Position numbers and translations under genes: made by a program. From Octopus sinensis (Eukaryota), in contig NC_043001.1 in assembly GCF_006345805.1 (NCBI RefSeq), forward strand, positions 28,706,001 through 28,770,000: DNA of 64,000 bases. The letters run 5' to 3'. The notes below the pieces were generated by a model, which was not told where the DNA came from, made no database searches, and was given only the letters and a program-made list of their open reading frames with translations. Shown one piece after another: positions 36,270 to 49,527 of this stretch; the first letter of the stretch is position 1; every line of letters begins with the position of its first letter.

Positions 36270-37204
36270 TGCATGCATGCACCCATGCAAACACACCCCA
36301 GTTTCTTCTCACAAGGTTTTGATTGGCTCGAGGCTAAAATAGAAGACACTTGGCCAAGGTGCCACATAGTGGGACTGAACCCAGAACCATATGGTTGAGA
36401 GGCAAATTTCTTGCCACACAGCCATACCTGCACCAACTGTCACCTCATTCAGTGCTTATCTTGGGGCTAAACAGAAACAAAAACAAAACAGGTCTTACAT
36501 AACTTGTTCCACTCCAAATAGTGAAATCTTCACAAAGAGCACACTTGAAACAAATATTAACATTAATTCATTCTAACCTCATTCACTGTCACATTTATTC
36601 ATAATTTTCCTATTTCATTTATTAATATATTTTTTTTCTTTACCAGTAATCAAAAGAAAGACATGAATAAAGAAAAGAAAATATGTTGGTAAAATTTCTA
36701 TAAATGTCAACTTTTAATTAGTTCTAAATCAGTAGTATTTAAAATGTAATTTGCTAGTATTTGTAATTACCACCTAAAAACTAAAAGATTACGTTTTCTG
36801 GGTGAGTGTGAGTATTGTAGTTTAAGTAAACAGAAAATTCTCAAAAATATTTAAATAGTATTTAAAAGTGAAGTTTGAGCTTAATATAGATTCTATTACT
36901 TATGACAAAATACGCTTAAAAGAGAGCACAAGAAAGCCACAATATCCTTATTCATTCCCTCTAAAATTAGTTCTTTATGACCATGAGATTTTTTTTTGTT
37001 TTATTGTTGTTTTTTTTTTTTTTGTAAAGTGAAAGTGTAGATTGACCCAGAAGATTGTACTGAACAAACTTCTGGGTCAATACTACAAGTTCAAATTTTG
37101 CTATGGGTAACTTTGCTTCCGCCCACTTAATATCATTTAATGTCCGTTTTCCATATATATATATATACACATGCATACATACATACACACACACATATAC
37201 ATAT

Positions 37205-37330
37205 ATCATCATTTAGCATCTGTTGTCCATGCTGGCATGGGTTGGATGGTTTGACCAGGACTGGCAAGCTGAGGGGCTACACCAGACTCCAGTCTGATTT
37301 GGCATGGTTTCTACAGCTGGATGCCCTTAT
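37205..37330 (-). mobile_element. RTE 3'UTR fragment (another at 37565-37715)
   Basis: Tail homology. Confidence 0.75.
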
Positions 37331-38546
37331 ATGTGTATGTGTGTGTGTGTATGTATGATTGTATATGTATAGATAGATAGATAAACAGATATTTGGTTAA
37401 TAAGAGACAGAAGATGGAAGATACAAGAATTTTTATTAATCACTACAACTATTTCGACCCATCTAGCATCAATCTCTCATGAGTGAGATACTTAACAACT
37501 GGTTCAAGAGCATCCAACAGTGCAAATGTGTCTCTTCAGATGACAGAGAGAGACAGACAGAAAGATCATCATCATTTAATGCCCATTCTCTATTGGTTAG
37601 ACAGTTTGACAGAAGTTGGCCAGCTAAAGAGCTGCCTGGGTTTCTATGGCTAGGTACCCATCCTAACACCCACCACTTTACAGACTGCACTGGGTGCTAT
37701 TAATGTGGCACCAGCACATGTGTGTATGTATACATGTGTGTGCACACACATGTATATGGCTTTATGCAGCCTAATGGTTTTGGGTTCAGTTCCATTGTGT
37801 GGTATCTTGGGTAAGTGCTTTCTATTATAGCCCTGGGCCAATCAATGCCTTGTGAAAGAATTTAGCCTCATCGATTCCTCTCAACAGCTAGCTTTGAAGA
37901 CAAGACAGCCTACAATCAACAATGTATTATTTTCGTAAAATTTCAGTCAGCTAATCACCCATGCTGCTTGTTTTTAGATTTAAAACATCCTTGGAAAGTG
38001 TTTTTGCTTATTAGTATGATGGATAATCACAGATAAGCACAAATTTTCCAATCATCATATTTCATGTTGGATCCTGTCATATGTGTAAACAACTGACAAT
38101 TTACTGCACTAATTATGTTGGGTGAAAAAAAAAAAAAGTTTCCACAAATACATAAGCTCAGAAAATTGCCTTTTAAATTGAAATTTATGATTAGATACCC
38201 CAATATTTGCATACTCACTTTTGGTTTACCAAGGCTTTTAGAGTAGTTTTTTTTTTTGTCATTTCTAATCAGTTACAAATGCTGCTAATATACATACTAT
38301 TTTGTAATCATGAACCTATTTATGTAAATGTACTTGTCAGACAAGTAAAATATCTGTTTATCTAGCTAGTTAATTACTTAGCAACCCAGTTGCAAATCTA
38401 CAACAAGCAGCACCTTACCGTGCTGGATAAAAAAGACATGTCTGATCTATGCAAGCATGGAAAAATGTACAAACACACAGGCAGATGAGTAAAAAGTTGT
38501 GAATCAATCCACGGGGTAAAATTTCTCTATCATATTTACTTTTTTT

Positions 38547-38944
38547 TTTACTTACTCGTTTCAGTCATTTGACTGCGGCCATGCTGGAGCACCGCCTTTA
38601 GTCGAGCAAATTGACCCCAGGACTTAATCTTTGGAAGCCTAGTACTCATTCTATTGGACTCTTTTGCCGAACCGCTAAGTTACAGGGACGCAAACACACC
38701 ACCATCGGTTGTCAAGCGATATTGTGGGGACAAACACACACACACATATATTTATATATATATATATATATACATATATACGACGGGCTTCTTTCAGTTT
38801 CCGTCAACAAAATCCACTCACAAGGCTTTGGTCAGCCCAAGGCTATAGTAGAAGACACCTGTCCAAGGTGCCATGCAGTGGGAATGAACCCGGAACCATG
38901 TGGTTCATAAGCAAGCTACTTACCACACAGCCACTCCTGCACCT
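38547..38944 (-). mobile_element. SINE family A
   Basis: Full length. Confidence 0.9.
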
Positions 38945-38974
38945 ACATATCCAAACATATCTTATTTTTTCTCA

Positions 38975-39330
38975 ATTAGAACAACAACAGAAACCATACT
39001 CTTATATGGCTGCACAACATGGACTCTAAGAGGAAAGGAAACTAAATGGAACATACACAAGACTTCTGAGAGCAGCACTTAACGTCAAATGGCAGTCCCA
39101 TATAACAAACAAGGATTTTTTTATGGAAAATCTTCCAAGAGTTACCTCCAACATAAAGGAAAGAAGACCAAGATTCTGGGGACATTGCTTTCCCAGCAAG
39201 GATGAGGTGTTGAATCAAATGCTGATGTGGGAAACAAAGCACAGAAAGCAGTCTAGGGATCTTCTGAAGGGCAACCTACCAAGAGCAATGCAGGAGAAGA
39301 AATTCTGGAGGCAAGGGTTTGATAGTATTT
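38975..39330 (+). mobile_element. Decayed RTE-group LINE 3' fragment (third lineage)
   Basis: TETILLYGCTTWTL...NGTYTRLLRAALNVKWQSHITNK...NLPRVTSNIKERRPRFWGHCF. Confidence 0.75.
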
Positions 39331-40227
39331 GTCTGTATACAACACAATGATGATGGAAACAAATAGAAAAAAAAGAAAAAAAAAGGAGGTATAAATTTAA
39401 ATATGAGCATGAAAAAATGAGTTACAAAGAGTTAAAATAAAATTTTCAGAATAAATGTTGCCAGCACTAAAGAGTAAGAAGATTCTGAGATAGATAAGAG
39501 ACATAGCGGATGTTGTAAATATCTCTGGTATATCAACGTTGAATTACCAACAAGGATCATTTACTTCCTAAATCAACTGATAATTACATAAGTGAAATTA
39601 CTTAATAATTACAACTCTGCAACAATTAAGGGCATTACACACTGTGTGTGTGTGTGTGTGTACACAGGTGTGTGCAAGAGTGATAGACAGTTGTGGTGTA
39701 TCTGTATTGTAATGTGCATGTTGTTTAGTTCCAAGTTAACTCTGGTCTAGCAGACATGTGATGAAAGGCATTCTTATAACTATTCAGTCTTTTTGGGTTT
39801 ATCTAAAACCTATTATCCAATGTGTATGTATTTCTTTTTAAGACTGCGAGGTGATATTTGAAGGGAATTTGGCTGTTATTTCTAGCAGGTCAAGTGACCG
39901 TACAGAGAATAGTTCTTAACCTGGCTAGCTGTGTCCTTTTAGAAATATTGCCACAAGGACAATATTGTTATTGTCTTCGTTGTCCAAAAGTGGTGAGCTG
40001 GGCAGAAATGTTAGCATGCTGACTGTTTTAGTTCATTCTTTCTTTCTCAGAATGGACTAAGCAGAACTTGAGGAGACATGGAATGGAGGGTCCCTGAAGA
40101 GGTCACAGGACGTGTGATGAAATGTTTAAAGAGTTTGTGGTTTTATTTAGAAAAATGTTTAAACCAGTTACAATATTTATATTAATGAACAACTCGTAAG
40201 AATTTTAAATTGACAAAGCTCTTTTAA

Positions 40228-40460
40228 AAAAGGAATTAGAAGCAATGTGCAAGAGAAGACTGCACTGGTTTGGCCATGGGATGCATATGGATGTAGACAG
40301 CTGCATAGAAAAGAGCCGATCACTTAAACTGGATGCAATTCATGAAAGAGGGAGACCCAGGAAGATATGAGATGAAGTATTGAAGGCCAATCTCAAGACA
40401 CTGAGCCTTATGAAGGAGAAGACAAAGAACAGAGTGCTTTGCTGCATTTGAGAAGGTCTA
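40228..40460 (+). mobile_element. Decayed RTE ORF2 C-terminal fragment
   Basis: Homologous to 47245-47460 (RRL.W.GH...RGRPRK.W motif region). Confidence 0.7.
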
Positions 40461-41591
40461 TCCAGCACAGCAGAATTGATATCCTAAAACCACTTAACTA
40501 ATGCTTGTCTGTGAGCAGCTCTGCTCCATGCACACCTGCATCCTCTCTGACCTGTCAGCCATTTCTCCCTTCATTTCAGCCCCTTAAACCCATCATTTCT
40601 CTATCACCTCAGAGCACAGTAGGCACATACTACATACCCCTGATTTCTCACTTACCTTCCTCTCCACCCCAAGACATTTCCATTTCCCATTATCTGCCTA
40701 CAAACTTCCTTCCTGTATCTTTTCTCCTATGTGTTATTAATACCTCACTTATCTGCTATCACCCTCAATGCCCTCACATATCTACCACAACCCATGCTCC
40801 CAAAACTCTCCTATATTTACTCCATCATTTACCATTGTCACTGGTTTTGACACATTTTCACCACCATCTCTCTCATTATTGCTTTCTTTATTTTACTCCG
40901 ACTCACACACTCTCTTTACCTGACTCCCTAACTCACACTTGCTTTTCCAACTGGGGTATCCATGTATCTACTCTACAGCAAAATGCCTCTGTACCTTTAA
41001 TCACTCATCAACTGGCACAAAGACAGTACCACATAAAAAGCAATGGTGCTGGTGGCATGTAAAAAGCACCCAGTACACTTAGTAAAGTGGTTGGCATTAG
41101 GAAGGACATGTAAAGAACATGTCTGAGTCTCCTTATCTTAAAATTATGTAATGACTGTAAATGAGCATCACTGTCGTACAAGCAGTGTTGTTCATTTCCA
41201 GTTATCCATGAAAAACATGTCTGGAAACAGTGAGGGCTGGCAACAGGAATGGCATACTACAGTAGAAAAGTGTCTCAATAAACTCCCTCAGACCCATGCA
41301 AGCATGGAAACATGGCCATTAAATAATGTTGACAATGAGGTGTCCTCACCCTCTTTAGCGATTCCCATAAAAATTTAACATAGAAAGCATTAGCTGACAC
41401 ATATCTGGAAAGCGGCACATGTTGAACAAGATTCTGTATGGGAATATAGATAATAAACCCACTATGTGAAATTGGGTCCCATTTCATTAAAATAATCTGC
41501 TTTTCTTATTTTCATAAAACATGGAGAATGGATATTTGAAAAACAACATTCAGCAAAAGGGGGCACTGAACTATAAAGGCTCCCTTGTTAG

Positions 41592-42950
41592 CATGTGTGT
41601 GTGTGTGTGTGCATTGTGTTGTGTGCGTGTGTTGTGCGTATGTATTTGTGTTTGTGTGTGTACATATGTGTTTGTGTGTGTGCGTATGTGTTTGTGTGTG
41701 TGCGTATGTGTTTGTGTGTGTGCATATGTGCTTGTGTGTGTGCGTATGTGCTTGTGTGTGTGCGTATGTGCTTGTGTGTGTGCGTATGTGCTTGTGTGTG
41801 TGCGTATGTGCTTGTGTGTGTGCGTATGTGCTTGTGTGTGTGTGCGTATGTGTTTGTGTGTGTGCGTGTGTGTATGTGTGTGTGCATGTGTGTACGTATG
41901 TGCATGTGTGTACGTATGTGTATGTGTGTACGTATGTGTATGTGTGTACGTATGTGTATGTGTGTACGTATGTGTATGTGTGTACGTACGTATGTGTATG
42001 TGTGTACGTACGTATGGTATGTGTGTGTACGTATGTGTATGTGTGTGTGTACGTATGTATGTGTGTGTGTACGTATGTTGTATGTGTGTGTGTACGTATG
42101 TGTGTTGTGTGTGTCGTATGTGTGTGTGTGTGTGTACGTATGTGTTTGTGTGTGTGTGTCGTATGTGTTTGTGTTTGGGCGTATGTGTTTGTGTGTGTGT
42201 ATGTGTTGGTGTGTGCGTATGTGCTTGTGTGTGTGCGTATCTTGTGTGTGTGCGTATGTGCTTGTGTGTGTGCGTATGTGCTTGTGTGTGTGCGTATCGT
42301 GTGTGTGTGCGTATGTGTTTGGTGTGTGTGCGTATGTGTTGTGTGGTGCGTGTGTGTAGTATGTGCATGTGTGTACGTATGTGTATGTGTGTACGTATGT
42401 GTATGTGTGTACGTATGTGTATGTGTGTACGTATGTGTATGTGTGTGTGTACGTATGTGTTTGTGTGTGTGTACGTATGTGTTTTGTGTGGTGTGTTGTT
42501 TGTGTGTGTACGTATGTGTTTGTGTGTGTGTACGTAGTGTTTGTGTGTGTGTACGTATGTGTTTGTGTGTGTACGTATGTGTGTGTGTGTGTGTGTACGT
42601 ATGTGTTTGTGTGTGTGTACGTATGTGTTTGTGTGTGTGTACGTATGTGTTTGTGTGTGTGTACGTATGTGTTTGTGTGTGTGTACGTATGTGTTTGTGT
42701 GTGTGTACGTATGTGTTTGTGTGTGTGTACGTATGTGTTTGTGTGTGTCCGTATGTGTTTGTGTGTCCCCGTATGTGTTTGTGTGTGTGTACATGTGTGT
42801 GTGTGTGTACATGTGTGTGTGTGTGTACGTATGTGTTTGTGTGTGTACGTATGTGTTTGTGTGTGTGTACGTATGTGTGTTTGTGTGTGCGTATGTGTGT
42901 TGTGTGTGTGCATATGTATGTTGTATGTGTGTGTGCATTGTGTAGGATGT
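41592..42950 (+). repeat. About 1.35-kb GT-rich compound satellite
   Basis: Blocks of GTGTGTGCGTATGTGCTT, GTACGTATGTGTATGTGT and GTACGTATGTGTTTGTGTGTGT units. Confidence 0.95.
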
Positions 42951-43769
42951 GTAAGAATGTGTTTCTGCTGTTGTTTAGGTCAACCCTTGTAGAGCAAAAC
43001 CTATAATCAGAATTCTATAAAGAGAATTCTAGCCATGACCAGGTTGTCTTTACTTCAGGTTCTGCATCTCAGACAATATTATCAAAAATATCTTTCTGTT
43101 TTCTGAGACAGCGGGGTATGATTTGAAAGAACTTGGCTAATTCTAGAAAATAGTAACCACAACATTATCAAAAATGACTTTCCTTTTCTAAGACTGTAGG
43201 GATGTGAATTGCAAGAATTTAGCTACTATTTCTAAAAAAAAACAGCAGCCACAATATCATCAAATATGCCTTTACCATTTCTAAGACAGTAGGGTGTGAT
43301 TTTAGAGAACTTGGCTGCTATTTCTAGAGAATTAAGCAGCTTGATAAAAACCCTGTTGTTGGGTTCTTTATTAGCTAGTAAGTTCTAATGGTAACCAGAG
43401 TGGAGGTAAATAAGGAGAACTTGAGCAGAGCACAACAACTGCCATTCTTCTTATTGGTGTTGTACATTCCAGCAGCATATCTAGGTTACTGACACTATAA
43501 AAACAACTGCTATCATTTGTATGTGTGTGTTTGTTTTTTATGTTTATCTAAACCTCTATTAAAGCAAGCTCTACCTAAGGTTCCCGGAAAAGATTTTGGG
43601 TTTCTGTGAAATAGGATGTGTATTGACATAATTTATTAAAAACTGGCCAGCAAGCCACTACAAGGAATTGAACTCTGCACCTCTCAAATTCCGGCTGAGT
43701 GCTCTGTACCATTAAGTTAAGAGATCCCCTAATAAAATTATTTATATACTACCTTGGATTTCAGAACAA

Positions 43770-44046
43770 TCTGCTGTGCTTGAAGAGACCTGGCTTCTGT
43801 GCCGGTGGCATGTAAAAAAACACCAACCGATCGTGGACGCTGCCAGACTCCCCTGGCACCTGTGTTGGTGGCATGTAAAAAGCACCCACTACACTCACAG
43901 AGTGGTTGGCGTTAGGAAGGGCATCCAGCTGTAGAAACACTGCCAGATCAGACTGGGGCCTGGTGCAGCCTCCTAGCTTCCCGGACCACGGTCAAACCGT
44001 CCAACCCGTGCTAGCACGAAAAACGGACGTTAAACGATGATGATGA
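43770..44046 (+). mobile_element. RTE 3'UTR-derived element
   Basis: Two hairpin modules, tail, (GAT)n. Confidence 0.85.
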
Positions 44047-44719
44047 ATAGGTTTCTTTCAGTTTCCACTTTCTAAATCCACTTACACTACTTTTGTAGGA
44101 TTGAGACTGTAGTAAAAAGCACCTGCCCTAAGGGTGCTGTACAGTGGAACTGAACCTAAGGCTCCATGGTTGAGAAGCAAGCTTCTAAACCACACAGCTA
44201 TACCTGTGCCAACTGTGGCCATGTTTCATATGATTCATAACAAGAGAACCTCTATGTGGCCACTTGAATTGGGTAGAAATAGAACCCAAAGTTCTCCAAA
44301 ACCATGGGTTACTATCTTAAGAACCAAGTGGATTAAAAATAGTTCTGAAAACACTCAGCTTATGGGATAAAATATCACAAAGTCAGAAACACTCTTCAAA
44401 TGGTGTCTGATTGTGTCATGTTATGATAAGGAGTTTGTGATGTATGCATGCACATGTTGTTGATCTAGTTATTGTGTTCTTGTTGTTAATGTTGCAGTCG
44501 TTGTTCAGCAGCAGGTCAGTCTTGCTCAAGCAAACACATGATCAAAACAAATGTTCTATTTAGCACTTGGATTTTTTTTTAGTCAGACACAGGCGTGAGT
44601 AACAGGCATCAGCAAATGGTTAAGAAGTTCACTTCCCAATCTCAGGTTGAGTAATAATTTGTGAGTAAAATAATATGATTGATAGAAACTGTATAGAAAC
44701 ACTTTAATATATATATATA

Positions 44720-44949
44720 TTTCTTTATTGCCCACAAGGGGCTAAACATAGAGGGAACAAACAAGGACAGACAAAAGGATTAAGTCGATTACATCGACCC
44801 CAGTGTGTAACTGGTACTTATTTAATCGACCCCAAAAGGATGAAAGGCAAAGTCGACCTCGGCGGAATTTGAACTCAGAACGTAGCGACAGATGAAATAC
44901 TGCTAAGCATTTCGCCCGGCACGCTAACGTTTCTGCCAGCTCGCTGCCT
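44720..44949 (-). mobile_element. SINE family B, well preserved
   Basis: Minus strand GTCGACTTTGCCTTTCATCCTTTTGGGGTCGATTAAATAAGTACCAG resembles the Deu/Nin domain. Confidence 0.88.
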
Positions 44950-45369
44950 ACAGTAACCAAGTTGATCAATATACACACACATACATACATACATACATAC
45001 ATACAAATTGACCCTGGTACTAATATGTTTAGAGTCTATTACTGATTCTGTGGGTCACTTTTACTGGACCACTAAGTTATGGGGATGTAAACAAACCAAC
45101 ATTGCTTGCCTAGCAATGAGGAAGAGGCAAATACACAAAGGTTTCACATACACATATAATAACAAAGGTGGCTATACATGATATAAAACCAAAAAGGAAA
45201 AATTCAATTGTCACTGATTGTGACTGACAGTGCAGGGTACATTGCAAGAAATAACAGTTAAAAAACTTTAGAGCTGCAAAGAAGCACATGTCTCTGCACT
45301 GACAAGGGAGATAACTGCCCCACAGCAAGCAAGATCACCATACTAGTCTAGTTTCACTTAAAATTAGGT

Positions 45370-45444
<75 letters not shown>

Positions 45445-45511
45445 ATATATTAACAGAATTCGATAAAAAAAAATCCAAGGCAGTGAATAGTTTTCAGAAC
45501 ATTTAAAAAGA

Positions 45512-45562
45512 GGTGTTACAGCTGTTTCCGGGATATTTTATATATCCCTTCATCAGAGACGG
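45512..45562 (-). ncRNA. Type I hammerhead-like motif with canonical core in PLE-like element (about 45451-45760)
   Basis: Minus strand GUCU-CUGAUGA-A-GGGAUAU(AUAAA)AUAUCCC-G-GAAA-CAGCUG-UA-ACAC. 7-bp stem II, palindromic ACAGCUGU stem III, GUA site, stem I with 3 of 4 pairs. Confidence 0.7.
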
Positions 45563-45959
45563 TGCGAGAAAATGTTTAAGTAATAGTTATTATAGAGAAG
45601 ATATGAAAAGCAGAGTGAAGTGGAGGAATGAAAACAGACATGAAATATGGAAGGATATCATATCTGTAGTTCCATTATTTAACTATAGTCTGTACATAGC
45701 ACTTACTCAACATTACCTGAGACCTTTAAGCCTTTTTGACACCAATACCTCTCATATCCTACATATATATATAGGGTGTGTGTGTGTGTGTGTGTGTGTG
45801 TGAAGCAAGACATGTATATGCCCCACTCACTCCTGGTTTCAAACACTCCTCCCCGACTTAGTCGAGGTGGCTTTTCATATCTTGCAAGCTACTTGGTGAC
45901 TGCACCGAGAGAAAAAAAAGAAAAGAAAAACACAGCCAGTACATACTGCAAAGTGGTTG

Positions 45960-47908
45960 ATATTAAAAGAGAAAGCAGTTAAGGATATGAAGATAGGGAA
46001 AGTCTCTGGCCCACCAGGAATCACCACTGAAATGCTTAAAATATCTGGCGATGTGGGTTATGGTCTTGTCACCCCTATTGTAAATCAGGTGGTTCACGAA
46101 GGAGTCATACTCAATGACTGGTAGAGCAGCACCATAGTCAACTGCTACAAAGGTAAAGGTGATGCCTTAGATAGAAATTATTAGTGGTATCAGATTGTTG
46201 GATCAGGTGATGAAAGTTACTGAGAGGATCATAGCCCAACTAATTAGGCAGAGAGTCTAGATGAGATACAGTGTGGTTTTGTGCTAGGGAGAAGTACCAC
46301 TGATGCTATATTTCTGATGAGACAGATGCAGAAGAAATACATAAGCCAAGGATAAACCTCTGTACTTGGCCTTTGTTGACTTGGAGAAAGCCGTTTGACA
46401 GGGTTCCCCGATTTCTTATCTTGTGGTCAATGCAGAAACTAGGGAGGGGACGAGTGGTTGGTGAGAGCTCTACAAGTCATGTACATGGATGCTACCTGTA
46501 AGGTGAAGGTTGGCAATGAATACAGCAGAGAATTCAGAGTGGAAGAAGAGGTTCACCAAGGATCGGTCCTCAGCCACCCCCTTATGTTCATCGTAGTCCT
46601 TCAGGCAATAACAGAGGAATTTAAGACAGGCTGCCCCTGGGAGCTCCTCTATGCTGATGACCTTGCTCTAACAGCTGAATCGCTACCAGAACTAGAGAAG
46701 TTTCAGGTATGGAAACAAGGATTAGAGTAGGAAAGAAGACAAATCACAAATCCCTTCAGGTAGATGGCCCTGCCTAATCTGTAAATAAGTCATAGGAAGA
46801 AACAACATAAGATGCATCCAGTGTAGGCTTCGCACACATAAGAGGTGCAGCAATATCAGAGGAAGGTTAACAGTGAAAATAGATTTGTATGTGGAAGATG
46901 CACAGGTACAATAAACACAACTGCCATGGAGGTAAGCTAGAGGTAGTAGATAGCTACCATTATCTAGGTGACAAGTTAGCAGCAGAGGTGGATGCTCCAA
47001 GAGTGTAGCTGTGAGAATAAAATTAGGCTGGGCAAAGCTCAGAGAGCTCCTACTTCTGCTGACAACAAAGGGTCTCTTAGAGTGAAAGGTAGATTGTATG
47101 CTGCATGGCAGTGAAACATGGGCTGTGATAGCTGAGGACATGCATAGGCTTGAAAGAAATGAAGTCAGTATGCTTTACTGGATGTGCAATGTCGGTGTGC
47201 ATGTTCGACAGTGTAAGTATCTCAAGAGAAAAGTTGAGCATAAGAAGCATCAGATGTGGTGTGCAAGAGCGATTGCGCTGGTAAGGTCATAGACAAGGAC
47301 AGCTGTGTAAAGAAGTGCTAATCTCTAACTGTGGAGGGAGCCTGTGATAGAAGTAGACCCAGGAAGACGTGGGACAAGGTGATGAAGCATGATCTTTGAA
47401 CTCTGAACCTAACAGAAACAATGATTAGTGACCAAGACCTTTAGCGATATGCTGTGCTTGAGAAAACCCGTCAAGCCAAGTGAAATCATAGTCATGGCTG
47501 ACGCTGGTGTCATGTAACTGGCACCTATGCCGGTGGCACATACAAAGCATTTTTCAAGTGTTGGGCCTCAAAGAGGCAAAGTAGCTGAACTCCTTTCAAG
47601 TGTTGGGCCTCACAGAAACAATGACCAAAACCTTTGGCATTATTCATGCTTGAGAAGAAGACGCATCAAGCCAAATAAAATAGCAGTCATGGAAGATACC
47701 GGTATCATGCAAATGGCACCTGTGCCAGTGGCACGTAAAAGCAACCATTACACTCTCGGAGTGATTGGCATTAGGAAGGGCAACCAGCCATAGAAACCAT
47801 GCCAAACCAGACAGGAGTCTGGTGCAGCCTTCCAGCTTGCCAGCTCTGGTCAAACCGTCCAACCCATGCCAGCATGGACAACAGACATCAAATGATGGTG
47901 ATGATGAT
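45960..47908 (+). mobile_element. 5'-truncated, decayed RTE-clade LINE (RT domain to 3' tail)
   Basis: KGKGDALDRNY, GRSTTDAIF, LAFVDLEKA, GVHQGSVLS-like, ELLYADDL, YLG, LHGSETW and GRPRKTWD motifs. 3'UTR and (GAT)n tail. Many stops and frameshifts. Confidence 0.95.
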
Positions 47909-48244
47909 ATGCAGCCATAGAAACCATGCAAAAGCCTACACTGAAGCTCAATACAGCCCTGTAGCTCACTGGATCCTGTCAAACCATCCTAGCTATACCA
48001 ACATGGAAAACAGACATTAAATTATAATGCTGATGATGATTCCAACCATGCAACAAGCTCACACATAACCTACTATTTCCAGTTGCTATGAAACAGCTTG
48101 AAAATGAAGGAAGGGCCTTCACAAATAGAGACCTTGACAACATTGAAATCTGTTAAAGGTAGTACTAGTTTATTATTATGCAAACTAAGTGATAAAAGAG
48201 AAATTATTACTATTAACATGTATGAGTCATCATTAACATTCAAG

Positions 48245-48450
48245 GGCACTGGACAGGCAGAATTGTTAGAGCATCAGACAAATTACCCTTGCAGTGCTAT
48301 ACATTTTGAGTTCAAGTTCCCACTGCATACAAATTTTTCCTTACATCCTTCCAAGGTCAATAAAGTACCAGTCAAGTACTGAGATCGATTTAATTAACTA
48401 ATGTCACCTTCCTTCAAAGTCATGACCTTGTGCCTATGTTAGAGATCATC
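48245..48450 (+). mobile_element. SINE family B, decayed
   Basis: Domain homology. Confidence 0.65.
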
Positions 48451-49527
48451 ATCTAATATTCATCGTCCATGGGTTGGATGACTTGACAGTATCCAGTGAA
48501 CCACAGGGTTCCTATGTTAATTTTGGTATGGTTTCTATGGCTGGATGCCCTTCCTAACATCAACCACTTTACAGTGTATACTAGCTGCTTCTTTCATCTT
48601 ACTGGCTCAAGTGAGATTGGCAAGTAACTCATAAGACAAGAATAAGGAAAGGAAGAGGCCCTCTTGACTAGGTGAGAGCAGTATTTGAGAAGGGGAGGTA
48701 GCTTTATGCCAGAAGAATACAAGAATTGGTAACACAATGGGTAAAATATCTTGAGCTGTTACACATCCTTACATTGTGAATTCAAATCTAGTCAGGGCCG
48801 ATATTGTTTTTCATCATTCAGTGGCTGTTAACCACATAAGTACCATTAACCTTCTGTGAGTTCATGAAATAAACAGTATCCCTATTTACCAATAAATTTA
48901 AGGCATCTTACCAATATCAGAAATCTTTATTACCATTATTATAATTTTGCTGTTACACAATATTGATGATGTAATTTTTTTTTTTTTTTTTGTGTAATTC
49001 CTCTCTTTCACAATTCACAGTCTTGGATGAGAAACTTCCTTGTTCGTCCTCCATATGAGGTCATTTAATGCTTGTTCAGATCTGTCCTTACTTTGTAGTG
49101 AGGCCTTTCTAAATAATTCTTGCTGATTAAAGTAAATGAGTTTTTTTCAAACGACACCCTCTAACAGATTAATATTAAATTTTCTAAAGTTTACATTTAA
49201 ATTCTTTATCACAGTTCCCAAAGCCCTAATGATAAGCAGCAAGATCACGACCTTGTCAAGTTTTTTATTCCAGCATTTGATATCATTCTTCAAGTTGCAA
49301 TGATATTCTGCTCTTTCTTTTTCCTTCTTCTAGGCTCTGGCATCAAATGGATAGGCCAAATCAATTATGAGACATACTTGTTTCTTATCAAAACAACACT
49401 GAGTTTGTTATACCATTTTGTTATGCATGGGAAAATCATATAACAAACTTCATTGTTTTCAAGGACTTTCCTTCCAGTTCCCACAAAACGGTCGTTATTA
49501 TTTTTATTATTATTATTATTAATCCTG

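Noticed and set aside
40505-41062. 185-aa ORF
   Set aside because: C/T/A-rich low-complexity DNA with few possible stops; no splice signals or recognisable motif.
41521-43006. ORFs of 340-470 aa on both strands
   Set aside because: Stop-free GT satellite, not coding.
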